Shown here in pieces: positions 1 through 9,585 of a stretch of DNA of 64,000 nucleotides. Position numbers and translations under genes: made by a program. Position 1 is the first letter of the stretch; each line of letters begins with the position of its first letter. The notes beneath the pieces are model-generated. The model was not told the origin of the DNA. It made no database searches and saw nothing but the letters and a program-made list of their open reading frames with translations. Source of the stretch: an uncultured bacterium (GTDB taxonomy: Bacteria; Cyanobacteriota; Vampirovibrionia; Gastranaerophilales; Gastranaerophilaceae); the NCBI GenBank assembly GCA_902783125.1, contig CACZPS010000045.1, positions 1,242-65,241 of the forward strand, in the 5' to 3' direction.

Positions 1-1
1 A

Positions 2-1066
2 CTAACATCAGTCCTTGTTGGGTTTGGGGTATCGAATTATTTAACAGGTCTGAAAATAGAAGAAACAAAAAACTTTATTCACCTTCCGACCAATATTAAG
101 ATTTTAGTATTATTCACGGCAGTTGTGTATGGATTATGCTTAATTCTAAAACAAGGAGTTTATTTATATTTCCAAAATCAAGAAAAATCAAATCCTGTAA
201 CATCAACAGCCCAAAACTTTATGCTGATTACAACAGGTCTTTTCTTTGTCGGGGTTTATGCGATTAACCTTTTATACTATATAAATATAAACCCAATCTT
301 TGCTATTTTAGTATCCTTCTTCTTTGTCGGGTTATCAATTATTGTCGCAATGGCTTGCGGATACTTCAAATACACAGGTCACAAGATTGCGTTCAACCTT
401 GACCAAAACGAATACAGAGAAGATTTTGAAGTTGTTTTAAACGAATACAGACAATGGATTGAAAAATATATAAATACTCTAAGCCAAAATAAATTATCTA
501 ACATAAAAGACAAGCTGTTTAATCTGCAGTTAAAATCAGTCGGGGAAATGATTTTAGGCTTTATCACAGCACCATTTTTGGCTTATGGTGTATCGAACAC
601 CTTGGCAATGTGTTTCCCTGAAGCTGCCGGTTGGATAAGGGTTTCAGGTTTAAGATTCAGTCCTGTGTTTTTGGTTCTGGCTACATTTATGATTATCTTT
701 GCCTTCTTTGCGTTTGTTAACGCATTCTTTACAATAAGAAAAATTCAAGGCTCTAACGTAATCAAACAAGACGGCTTTAGCAACTATTTAACCCATGGGG
801 TAGATATTTTAGGACTTCAAGGGGTTAAAAAATTAGAAAGCGAAAAAACACGTTCGCTTGTAATAGGATGCGCTATTATCCTCATTGAGTTTACAATGAA
901 CATGTCATATTTCTTCGGGGAAATAGGCGGGGATTTACAGGGAATATTCCTAAGCGTTGTTGCAGCACTTGTACCGACAGCGCTTTTGATTGCCGAAACC
1001 TATATGTTGAGCCAGACTAAGTTTGATATCTGGGCATCAGAAGAACTAATTGCCAAAGTAGAGTAG
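2..1066 (+). CDS. polytopic membrane protein of unknown function, 5' end cut by window edge
   Basis: The frame of ORF 125..1066 stays open back to nt 2. The listed start at 125 is GTG, with no in-frame ATG or stop upstream. Several hydrophobic helices; no recognisable motif. Confidence 0.55.
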   Translation, partial: LTSVLVGFGVSNYLTGLKIEETKNFIHLPTNIKILVLFTAVVYGLCLILKQGVYLYFQNQEKSNPVTSTAQNFMLITTGLFFVGVYAINLLYYININPIFAILVSFFFVGLSIIVAMACGYFKYTGHKIAFNLDQNEYREDFEVVLNEYRQWIEKYINTLSQNKLSNIKDKLFNLQLKSVGEMILGFITAPFLAYGVSNTLAMCFPEAAGWIRVSGLRFSPVFLVLATFMIIFAFFAFVNAFFTIRKIQGSNVIKQDGFSNYLTHGVDILGLQGVKKLESEKTRSLVIGCAIILIEFTMNMSYFFGEIGGDLQGIFLSVVAALVPTALLIAETYMLSQTKFDIWASEELIAKVE

Positions 1067-1154
1067 CGGGGTAAATGAATAGGATAAAAATGGTGACTCT
1101 TTTGAGAGTTTTACAAAATATAACCGGACAAATATTTTAAATAAATTTTTTATT

Positions 1155-1973
1155 ATGTTTAACTTAAAAACGATTTTGACAGCTTTAATTATTATTGTCA
1201 GCCTGCTTATATTGGTGTGTAATCCAAAGATGCCTAAGCAGGCGGTTATTACTGATTCGGAATATGGATTTGTTGAAATAGAAGTTCCCCAAACGACTTC
1301 TGATTTAAGCAGTCAAAATATAACTCTTTCTGATAGTAATATCGAAGTAAAAAATAATTCACAACAACAAAAAATAAAATACAGTAACGTTAATAACGAT
1401 ACTAAAAAAATAAAAACAACAACCCCTTTAACCACAAAACAAAATGCCAAAAGAGTGGCGCCGCAAAGCCCAGTACAAAATATACAAAAACAAATCACAA
1501 AGCCAATAACCCAAAATACAGGAGCAAACCTGCAGCCAAAAACAATTAAACAACCCAAAACGGTTGAAGTAAAACCTACACAGAACATAGAAAACAGACA
1601 GCCTAAACAATTTTTAACAGAAGAAGAAGAAATTATTGCTTGGAACCATTGGAGAAGCAGACTTCAAAATCAGGTAATGATGGATTCAAAAGTTATGGCA
1701 CCACTGGGAACGGTTTTCAAATTTAGTTTTACCGTAGATAAATACGGTAATATGTCTAATGTCAGGGTCTGGTCAACAAATCCTACGTATTCGGATTATG
1801 CGGTACGAATGATAAAACCTGTTTTGATGAGTTACAGAAACAGACCTATTCTTAATTTCCCTTCACGTACAAGACGGATTATAACAAATGTTGAAGGCGG
1901 TTTCACAATGGCACGCAGAACACAGTATAGTAGTCCGTCTGATTATAACGATTTTGAAACAATTAGAAGATAA
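1155..1973 (+). CDS. membrane-anchored protein with TonB/TolA-like C-terminal domain
   Basis: N-terminal TM helix (ILTALIIIVSLLILV) and a long Q/K/T/P-rich low-complexity linker. The C-terminal ~90 aa has the TonB_C/TolA_C-like pattern (GTVFKFSFTVDKYGNMSNVRVWSTN..YAVRMIKPV..LNFP). Assigned by pattern only. Confidence 0.4.
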   Translation: MFNLKTILTALIIIVSLLILVCNPKMPKQAVITDSEYGFVEIEVPQTTSDLSSQNITLSDSNIEVKNNSQQQKIKYSNVNNDTKKIKTTTPLTTKQNAKRVAPQSPVQNIQKQITKPITQNTGANLQPKTIKQPKTVEVKPTQNIENRQPKQFLTEEEEIIAWNHWRSRLQNQVMMDSKVMAPLGTVFKFSFTVDKYGNMSNVRVWSTNPTYSDYAVRMIKPVLMSYRNRPILNFPSRTRRIITNVEGGFTMARRTQYSSPSDYNDFETIRR

Positions 1974-1981
1974 TAGTCAGT

Positions 1982-3586
1982 TTACATTTTAAATCCGATT
2001 CTTTTTTTAATATTTTTATTGATTTGTTGATTTTTTATTGCTTTATCAAAATCATCCTGTGTATAAACCAATCCCTCGATATCCGAGTCATTATATGTTC
2101 CATCGTTCATTTTTTTATATATTCCGCAGCGTTCATACATTGTGTTTCGGGCATCTGTTACGATTTGCGCAATATCTGCACCCGTATATTCAAGATTATA
2201 ACAATCTTTTGAAAATTTATCTCTGTTGAAATCCTCGCTAACGGTTTTGTCCTTTAAATAAAGGTCTAATATCTCTCGGCACGATTTTGCATCAGGTCGG
2301 TTGACTTCTATCATATCTCCAAGTCGTCCGCTTCTTTTAATTGCGGGATCAATAGCATTCGGTCTGTTAGTTGTCCCTATTATCCAAACTTTTTCATTAG
2401 TTTTTTCAAGATTGTCTATAGATTGAAGTAATTGGGCGACCGTTGAAGTGTTCGAGTTGTTGGTTGTTTCAGCATAACCGTTTCTATCTCCCATAAGCGC
2501 ATCAATTTCGTCAATCATAAGGATTGATGGCTGATTTTCTTCAAGTTCCTCAAATACATCTCTCCACAATTCTTCTGATTCACCCACATATTTGCGTTCC
2601 AAATCTCTTGAATTAATTTTAACCAAGTGTACATCAATATCTTTTCGTTTTTTTGCTTCTCCGATTGTCGCAAGCGCTAACAAGGTTTTACCTGTTCCTG
2701 ACGGGCCATAAAGTATAATTCCGTGGTTTTTATCATCTTTAAACGCATTAGGGTACATAATAGGATAAAGCAATTTTTTCTTCATTGTATCTATAGTATC
2801 GTCCATCCCTGCAATATCATCAAATGTCCTGTAAGGAATTTTTTGTCCGTAATCCGTGTTTGATTCGATATAGTCATTATTGGTATCCGTTTTTATTTTA
2901 TTCCTGATTAGCCCATTTCTAAGTTCTGGTGAGTTTGATAAAAATGACTCCACAGGATATTTTGAATCGTACATTGGGACGTTTGATTCATTTAACTTAA
3001 AGAATTTTAATTTTAGCTTATCCTTTGTTTCAATAACATCATCAAATTTTGCAATCGTATCTATGTCATACCTCCAGAAATCATCATCTTTATCAAGAAA
3101 AGAACTTCCTTTGGAGTGAGTAAGATTCATTGTTTGACCATGAACTATAAATTCATCATTATTTTTTCTTATAATTAATGTAGGATTGCTTACCGTTTGA
3201 TGAATCATATAGACGGTTTTTATATCTTTAGGATGTGGAATAACAGATTTTTCGCGGGTTAATTCTCCTTTAAGAAAACCTTTTGTCCAGATACTGTTAG
3301 GGTTCCCAATAAGCAGAACAGAGCTGCCATCAAGTCTGTTGATTATGTCAGCCATTTTATAAGATACAGTATAATCATTACCGTTCATCCCAAAATCATT
3401 ATTTGGCGCCAGATTATTCACTGTTTTTTTCTTGCCAAAAAATCCCGTAAAAACAGGATAATATGAATATTTCTCATATTGGAGGCGGTTATCACAGTAA
3501 TTTCCTGCTTGTGCAACTTGAGAATTTGTATTATTTCTGTACGAGTGATAATTTATCGATTGATTTGTTATTCCAAATATTTTCAT
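1982..3586 (-). CDS. classic-clade AAA+ ATPase with ~270-aa N-terminal region of unknown fold
   Basis: Walker A GPSGTGKT, Walker B ILMIDEIDAL, second region of homology TNRPNAIDPAIKRSGRLG. Single AAA module; no protease or second ATPase domain. Confidence 0.85.
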   Translation of the reverse strand: MKIFGITNQSINYHSYRNNTNSQVAQAGNYCDNRLQYEKYSYYPVFTGFFGKKKTVNNLAPNNDFGMNGNDYTVSYKMADIINRLDGSSVLLIGNPNSIWTKGFLKGELTREKSVIPHPKDIKTVYMIHQTVSNPTLIIRKNNDEFIVHGQTMNLTHSKGSSFLDKDDDFWRYDIDTIAKFDDVIETKDKLKLKFFKLNESNVPMYDSKYPVESFLSNSPELRNGLIRNKIKTDTNNDYIESNTDYGQKIPYRTFDDIAGMDDTIDTMKKKLLYPIMYPNAFKDDKNHGIILYGPSGTGKTLLALATIGEAKKRKDIDVHLVKINSRDLERKYVGESEELWRDVFEELEENQPSILMIDEIDALMGDRNGYAETTNNSNTSTVAQLLQSIDNLEKTNEKVWIIGTTNRPNAIDPAIKRSGRLGDMIEVNRPDAKSCREILDLYLKDKTVSEDFNRDKFSKDCYNLEYTGADIAQIVTDARNTMYERCGIYKKMNDGTYNDSDIEGLVYTQDDFDKAIKNQQINKNIKKRIGFKM

Positions 3587-3719
3587 GATTTAACCCAAGG
3601 TTTTTGTTTTTATATGAAAGATAAAGTATCTGTATTTTTGCTACATCTAAAGTTATAATTATTAAAACTGAACCTATGAAAAATACTTATACATAAGGCT
3701 CAGATATTATTACAAAAAC

Positions 3720-4172
3720 TTAGCCGAATATTTTGGATATGAAATTTTTGAATATGTTTAGTTTTTTATTATATATAGGTTTAATACTTATTGTATAATC
3801 TAAATTTTCATCTGTTTGACGAGCTCTTTTTTCAATATTTTTCAAAGATACCCCCATTATATATGTTTTTAATGCTCTGTCTGCACCTTCTGACGTATGA
3901 CTGTTGATATTATAAGCAGTTACATGGTCTTTATCTAAGCCAAAAACCAGAGAAGCTAAAAAGTTGGGCTCATCATTTGCTAAATCCATGTTGGTAACAT
4001 CGTGTTTTAAATATTTTATAAACGCATCAGGATATTTTTTGTCTATATTTTTAACCAATTCAGAGTTCTCTAAAGTTTTCAGAAGCTCCTTATTCCATTT
4101 TGGTTTATTGATAAAGTTAACCCCAAAGTTAACGTCTGAATTTTTATTTTGTGCAGCCGGCTGAATATGCAT
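3720..4172 (-). CDS. hypothetical protein (150 aa)
   Basis: Intact ORF upstream of and co-oriented with the AAA+ ATPase. GGAGG Shine-Dalgarno 6 nt before the ATG (TGGAGGCACAAAATG on the minus strand). No recognisable motif. Confidence 0.5.
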   Translation of the reverse strand: MHIQPAAQNKNSDVNFGVNFINKPKWNKELLKTLENSELVKNIDKKYPDAFIKYLKHDVTNMDLANDEPNFLASLVFGLDKDHVTAYNINSHTSEGADRALKTYIMGVSLKNIEKRARQTDENLDYTISIKPIYNKKLNIFKNFISKIFG

Positions 4173-4530
4173 TTTGTGCCTCCATTTTTATGTACTAAGT
4201 TTTCAATGAATAAACGTACATAAAAATTTTTTTTGCCGTATCGCTTAACAAAATATTACAATATTTTTATTATGTTTAACTCAGCAAACCAATAAAATTG
4301 ATGTTATTTATATATTACATTCCACTGAGTAAATTCTAAAAAAAATCGTCATCTTAAACCAATAGACAAAGAAACTCTAAAAAAGAGTTTCTTCGATCGT
4401 ATTCACTTGATGAGCCTCGTATTAAACAACTGTGAATAATATATTGTAAACACTCCCGTTAGCTTGCTCAAGTATCACATCATGAGGTTATGATTGCAAC
4501 TTTTTAATCACCATCAAAACCTCATTCCCT

Positions 4531-4776
4531 CTATCTAAATGACGGCAGGGTTACACCGTGGATGCTTATATAGACTATGGCTATGATTACAAGCACAAGG
4601 ATTATCAAATCAAGAACTTTAAAGATTCTTGAAAATCCTTTATAGCACAACCAAAAAGACGGAATTGCTATCCACAGCCAGTTATAGCCTTGCAAAAACC
4701 AGTTGTTTGCCCAAAATCCTATCCCTAGTGTAATTAGGGTTGCACCCATTAAACTGAATAATAAACTTCTTATCAT
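4531..4776 (-). CDS. small membrane protein (81 aa)
   Basis: Three predicted hydrophobic helices, Trp-rich. Lies directly downstream of hydE on the same strand. Confidence 0.4.
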   Translation of the reverse strand: MIRSLLFSLMGATLITLGIGFWANNWFLQGYNWLWIAIPSFWLCYKGFSRIFKVLDLIILVLVIIAIVYISIHGVTLPSFR

Positions 4777-4799
4777 TTTTTTACTTCCTTTCTTATTTA

Positions 4800-5822
4800 T
4801 TATACTCTTTTGTGAAATCCTTTTGTATCAGATACAAATCTGCCTATTGATTTTATTTTACCCTCAATACAATTTCTGCATTTGCCTGAGTGTTCATTAA
4901 GGCATATTTTGTTCGGATAAATTTCGTATTTTATTTTGTATTCGGAATCAAGTATGTTTGGCATAACGACATTAGCACCGCTATTCAGTGCAATAATTCT
5001 GCCCATAGGATTGATTGTTTCCATCGCTGTTGTTGCGGGAATATTTATATCAGGCAGGAGTAGTCTAACAATTGCCATCATTTTTAGGGCAAAATCGAAA
5101 TTTTCTTTGTTTAACTTCCCGCTGAGCGGAGTATCAGGATGTGGAATAAAAGGTCCTATCCCTATCATATCCGCATCAAGTTCTTTAAAGAATAAAATAT
5201 CGTCAGCTAAATCCTCGACTGTTTGCTCGGGTAGCCCGACTAACGAACCTGACCCGACTTCTAATCCGGAGTCTTTTATATTATACAAACATTGTTTTCT
5301 GTTTTCATAGTTCATATTCGGGTGCATTTTTTGATAGAGCGTTTTGTTAGTAGTTTCTATTCTCAAAAGATATCTGTCAGCACCCGCATCTTTAAAGGCT
5401 TGATATTCTTCTTTAGTTTTTTCGCCTATACTCAAGGTCAGAGCTATGTCAAATTTTTTTATTTCAGATATGATATTACATAATTTTTCTGTTGTATAAA
5501 AACTATCCTCTCCTGATTGTAAAACGATAGTTTTATATCCGAGTTCAACCCCTTTTTTTGCGTATTCTATTATCTCATCGGGTTTAAGTCTGTATCTGTC
5601 TGCATTTTTGTTTGGGGCACGCAGTCCGCAATATTTACATTCCCGTTTACATATATTAGAAAATTCTATCAAACCGCGCAAATGCACACCATCACCAACA
5701 AACTCTTGTCTTACTTTGTCGGCAGTTTTATACAACTCTTTTCCGTCAGAATTTAGCAGGGTAATTATCTCTGATTTTGAAAGGTTATGTTCGGTATATG
5801 CTTTCTTCAGTATATTATTCAA
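4800..5822 (-). CDS. hydE: [FeFe]-hydrogenase H-cluster maturase HydE (radical SAM)
   Basis: CX3CX2C motif CKRECKYCGLR. Colinear blocks match Thermotoga HydE from memory (VHLRGLIEFSN, TIVLQSGED, GADRYLLRIET, GSGSLVGLPEQT, GIGPFIPHPDTPL, NIPATTA). Confidence 0.8.
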   Translation of the reverse strand: MNNILKKAYTEHNLSKSEIITLLNSDGKELYKTADKVRQEFVGDGVHLRGLIEFSNICKRECKYCGLRAPNKNADRYRLKPDEIIEYAKKGVELGYKTIVLQSGEDSFYTTEKLCNIISEIKKFDIALTLSIGEKTKEEYQAFKDAGADRYLLRIETTNKTLYQKMHPNMNYENRKQCLYNIKDSGLEVGSGSLVGLPEQTVEDLADDILFFKELDADMIGIGPFIPHPDTPLSGKLNKENFDFALKMMAIVRLLLPDINIPATTAMETINPMGRIIALNSGANVVMPNILDSEYKIKYEIYPNKICLNEHSGKCRNCIEGKIKSIGRFVSDTKGFHKRV

Positions 5823-6867
5823 CTATTTCGACCTTATTTCTTCCGCCTTCCTTTGCTCTGACAAGAGCTGCACCGAGTGCCTCTATCATTTGATTATCTT
5901 CGGTAAATTTAGAATAGTTCGCACAAAGTCCAACGCTCACTGTAAGGTTTGTTTTTATCCCGTCTTTGTCAAAGGTATAATCCGCAATAGCAGAGCGTAA
6001 TCGCTCAATAGGAATAATAGCTTTTGTAATCGGAGTGAAAGGCAGCATTACAATTATTTCTTCTCCGCCATATCTGTAAATAGGGTCAGTTCTACGGAAA
6101 ACGTGTCTTAATAAATCACTTAGTTCAGTAAGAATAAAATCTCCATAGGCTTTGCCGTGTTCATCATTAATTTTGCTAAAATGGTCTATATCCAATATCG
6201 CAAGAGTGAAGTTATAAATATAACGACGTGCTTTAATAAATTCAAATTCAAAAGCGTGATCAAATTCCTGCCTGTTGTATAGCCCTGTCATCGGATCTAA
6301 AAGTGCGTGTTTTTGCTGTTCATGAATTAAGTATTTTAATTTAAATACCGATTCAAGCTGTTTAATTATTAAATCAAAATAAAGTTTCTCGGTTGGGTCA
6401 AGTTTACTTTGTGAGCCAAAATAAAATCCGCCAATAAATTTTTCAGCGTAGAAAAAGGGATAAATTTTTGTTGTTTTTAGCGATTTATACTTAATTTTTG
6501 ACGAATCTGAAATATCACCGTCAATTAAATTACACTGGATTTCCATAATACGTTTATATTTTTCCATTTCGTCAAAGAACTTATCACGAATTTCTTCCGT
6601 AAGCTCAAGAGTTATATTTTTGTTTGGTAATGCAAGGTTAAAAACATTTATTGCAAGCTCATTTGAATCGTTAAAAAATAACCCGCAAATATCAAATTTC
6701 AAATACTTTTTCAGAATATTAAATGTATTGGCGCAAAATGCGTCTTCAAACCTGACTGAATCAATCAGAGTCATAAAATCTTCTGAAATTGTTGTATTTG
6801 CTAATAATTCTCTATGTTTTTTTGTAAGTTTTTTTGTTTTTAAATCGCTCTCTTTTATCATATTCAA
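5815..6867 (-). CDS. diguanylate cyclase (GGDEF domain) with unassigned N-terminal sensory region
   Basis: GGDEF-domain hallmarks MTGLYNRQEF, RYGGEEI (GGEEF-type site) and RAKEGGRN. Its stop overlaps the hydE start by 8 nt. Confidence 0.85.
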   Translation of the reverse strand: MNMIKESDLKTKKLTKKHRELLANTTISEDFMTLIDSVRFEDAFCANTFNILKKYLKFDICGLFFNDSNELAINVFNLALPNKNITLELTEEIRDKFFDEMEKYKRIMEIQCNLIDGDISDSSKIKYKSLKTTKIYPFFYAEKFIGGFYFGSQSKLDPTEKLYFDLIIKQLESVFKLKYLIHEQQKHALLDPMTGLYNRQEFDHAFEFEFIKARRYIYNFTLAILDIDHFSKINDEHGKAYGDFILTELSDLLRHVFRRTDPIYRYGGEEIIVMLPFTPITKAIIPIERLRSAIADYTFDKDGIKTNLTVSVGLCANYSKFTEDNQMIEALGAALVRAKEGGRNKVEIVE

Positions 6868-7063
6868 CCAAACTTTCTTAAATTAATTATAACAATACAA
6901 ATATTTTACCAAATTTTTAACAAAATTGTAATAGTCGGGGTAAATGATATTTTAAAACAAATGAAATTATTAATGGCTTTTACATACCGGATTATAATTT
7001 ATCCTATATTTAATTTGCATATATAAAGTCTTTTTAACTATAATATAGATAAAGGTTTATAAA

Positions 7064-7822
7064 ATGGAAATAACATCAATAAATAATGATTTAGTAAAAG
7101 AAACAGTAAAACTTCAACAAAAAAAATATAGAATAGAAAGCGGAAAGTTTTTGTTGGAAGGAAACAAAGGTGTAACAGAGGCGTTTAATTCAGGTAAAGT
7201 AAAAATAGATTATGTGTTTGTATTATCTGAAAAATCAGACAAATACTCTTATCTTGATTGTGAAATAATTAAAACAAACAATGCGGTATTAAAAAAGATT
7301 TCAACGACTGATTCCGCTCCGGAAATTGTCGGAGTCGCTTATCAACCTAAAAACGACTTTAAGTTATTAGAAAAATCAAAAAAGGTAGTTCTGTTAGAAA
7401 ATATTTCAGATGCGGGTAATTTAGGTACTATAATCAGAACAGCATCGGCTTTTAATATTGAATCTATTGTTTTATATGGCGATACTGTTGATGTGTATAA
7501 CCCAAAATGTGTCAGATCTTCTGTCGGAAATCTTTGGAAAACGAATATCATAACTATAAAATCTATAGATGATTTAAAGAAATATTTTTCCGATTTTGAA
7601 AGAGTTGCAACTCTACCTAAGACTCAAAATTCAATATGGTTAAATGACTGGACTCCATCAGAAAAAGTGTTGGTAATGTTTGGCTCGGAAGCTGACGGAC
7701 TTTCTGAAAACTTAATAAATTATGCAACAAATAATCTCACAATTGAAATGAATGAAAAAGTTGAATCTTTAAATCTGAGTATTTCAGTAGGGTTAATAAT
7801 GTACAAATTAGGTATTAAATAA
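7064..7822 (+). CDS. TrmH/SpoU-family RNA 2'-O-methyltransferase (RlmB-like)
   Basis: SpoU motifs NISDAGNLGTIIRTASAF, VMFGSEADGLS, ESLNLSISVGLIMY. Confidence 0.85.
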   Translation: MEITSINNDLVKETVKLQQKKYRIESGKFLLEGNKGVTEAFNSGKVKIDYVFVLSEKSDKYSYLDCEIIKTNNAVLKKISTTDSAPEIVGVAYQPKNDFKLLEKSKKVVLLENISDAGNLGTIIRTASAFNIESIVLYGDTVDVYNPKCVRSSVGNLWKTNIITIKSIDDLKKYFSDFERVATLPKTQNSIWLNDWTPSEKVLVMFGSEADGLSENLINYATNNLTIEMNEKVESLNLSISVGLIMYKLGIK

Positions 7823-7823
7823 A

Positions 7824-8423
7824 ATGTTATCAAACGAAGAACAACAAAAAATAAAATCAATATTAGAAAATGACGGGGTTATCGCTTTTATAACAGATAC
7901 CGTTTGGGGTTTAGGATGTTTACCCGAGAGCAAAAAAGCAGTCAAAAAAATATATGATATAAAACATCGAGATTCTAAAAAACCGCTGATTCTTATGTCC
8001 CATGATATTTATCCTTTGATTAAATATGTAGATAATATCCCCAAATCAGCACAGATTTTAATAAAAAAACACTTCCCCGGAGGGTTGACACTTGTATTAA
8101 AAAAAAGTAATGAAACACCTGATTATTTAACTTCTAACTTAGATACAGTGGGAATCAGAGTCCCTGATAATGAAGTTTTTGCAGATATATGTAAATCAAT
8201 TCCGACACAGGTACTTGCAACAACCAGTGCAAATTTATCTTCTCAACCGCCTGCCCTTACTTATGACGAAGCTGTTAAATATATCGGCTCAGAAGTTGAT
8301 TATATTGTAAAACCGTACGGTTTAACTTCTAAAGGTATTTCCTCAACTGTTGCGGGAGTATTTGATGATGGGGTAAAAATCTTTCGTCAAGGGGATGTAT
8401 TCATTAATGACACTAATGAATAA
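7824..8423 (+). CDS. tsaC: L-threonylcarbamoyladenylate synthase (TsaC/YwlC/Sua5 family)
   Basis: TDTVWGLGC, KKPLILM, GIRVPDN and TSANLSSQPP motifs. Single-domain ~200-aa form. Confidence 0.85.
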   Translation: MLSNEEQQKIKSILENDGVIAFITDTVWGLGCLPESKKAVKKIYDIKHRDSKKPLILMSHDIYPLIKYVDNIPKSAQILIKKHFPGGLTLVLKKSNETPDYLTSNLDTVGIRVPDNEVFADICKSIPTQVLATTSANLSSQPPALTYDEAVKYIGSEVDYIVKPYGLTSKGISSTVAGVFDDGVKIFRQGDVFINDTNE

Positions 8424-9461
8424 TTAACGTAATTGTTTCTTCAATGAACTTCTTGTATTCGCGAGTGGGCCACTGTTTGGACTGCGCAATTGTCTGTAAT
8501 ATTGTTTTATATATACAAACGGAAATTTCGGTAGCCAAGACAACTTCATCAGGATTGATATTGTATCTGCGCCTTGTGAATACATCAATTCATCAATAGT
8601 AGCTTCATACGCAGGTGATATTGATGCTATTATCTTAAGCAAATAATCCGTCAGGGTTACGACTGAATAACTTGCCCCGACTCCCGTGTTTACAACAAGA
8701 TTAGTTATTTTAAAATCAGTATTACCTGAAACATTTTCAATATCATAAGGCAGAGTTATTTCACTCTCTGATAGAGTTTCAATCTTTGACCAATTCCCGT
8801 CATACTGAACCATCATTACATTTGGTTTTGGCATATATATATCATCAAATTCATTCTCTAAAATAGTGTTCCCATTTATATCCATAATGCCGTACCTGAA
8901 ATTTTTACGGGTTAGAAACATTTTTCCATATAATAAATCAATAGATGAATATTCCGGTTGAATTATTGTAAATCCGTATTCATCATAAAGCCCGTAATCG
9001 TTGTCGTTCCCAAATTTTACAAACCTGTTTGCTATTCTTTGAACATTTCTGTATTTGGGCAGAATTATGTAATCTCCGTTATAATCAATAAGTCCGTATT
9101 TTGTTTTATATTGAACAATCCATGAATTATCACCAAGTCTTATAAGTTTTTTATAAATAGGCTTTGTTATTTTTTCACCATTAGATTTTTTTAATCCGAA
9201 TTTGTTTTTTTCTTGATAAGCAGTAATTAATAATTGTCCGTTTTCATCTTTTGAGTTGCCATTTATTACATCAATTGTTGTTACATTATCAAAATCATTA
9301 TCCTCAGTCTGTTCTCCGTCAATATATTCCGAAGATTCTTTTATATATTGAAATGATTTTTCTACCGCCTGAGCAGGAGTAATTTTCGCCTCATCCGCAA
9401 CAGAAACATTTCCGTAAAAAAACATAATACAAAGGATTAAAAAAGCCCCAAATAATCTCAT
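8424..9461 (-). CDS. secreted WG (KWG)-repeat protein
   Basis: Signal peptide MRLFGAFLILCIMFFYGNVSVA. Repeated YGLIDYNGDYIILPKY / YGLYDEYGFTIIQPEY / YGIMDINGNTILENEF units. Confidence 0.75.
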   Translation of the reverse strand: MRLFGAFLILCIMFFYGNVSVADEAKITPAQAVEKSFQYIKESSEYIDGEQTEDNDFDNVTTIDVINGNSKDENGQLLITAYQEKNKFGLKKSNGEKITKPIYKKLIRLGDNSWIVQYKTKYGLIDYNGDYIILPKYRNVQRIANRFVKFGNDNDYGLYDEYGFTIIQPEYSSIDLLYGKMFLTRKNFRYGIMDINGNTILENEFDDIYMPKPNVMMVQYDGNWSKIETLSESEITLPYDIENVSGNTDFKITNLVVNTGVGASYSVVTLTDYLLKIIASISPAYEATIDELMYSQGADTISILMKLSWLPKFPFVYIKQYYRQLRSPNSGPLANTRSSLKKQLR

Positions 9462-9585
9462 AACAAAATATTAACATAAAATTTATAAAAAAGTGAAACA
9501 TTCAATAATTAATTTAAAAAAAATAAAATCGATATCTTGTAACCGATTTTTATGATAAAATTAAAAAAAAATAAGGGGAAAAAGA

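Noticed and set aside
4406-4427. Hammerhead-ribozyme-like string CTTGATGAGCCTCGTATTAAAC
   Set aside because: The core deviates at essential positions (TTGATGAG rather than CTGATGAG, TTAAAC rather than CGAAAC), and no convincing stems I, II or III can be drawn around it.
4936-5310. 124-aa ORF antisense to hydE. Similar antisense or shadow ORFs include 1313..1588, 2880..3119, 18804..19088, 43807..44043, 45020..45286 and 56826..57059.
   Set aside because: They lie fully inside well-supported conserved genes on the opposite strand, have low-complexity or hydrophobic junk composition and lack an SD. Such ORFs are typical in AT-rich DNA.
6903-6931. Sigma70-like promoter for the GGDEF gene (minus strand TTACAA-17 nt-TAAAAT)
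   Set aside because: The spacing is ideal, but the -35 matches only 3/6. Such hexamers arise by chance constantly in DNA this AT-rich, so it is not reported as a feature without 5'-end data.
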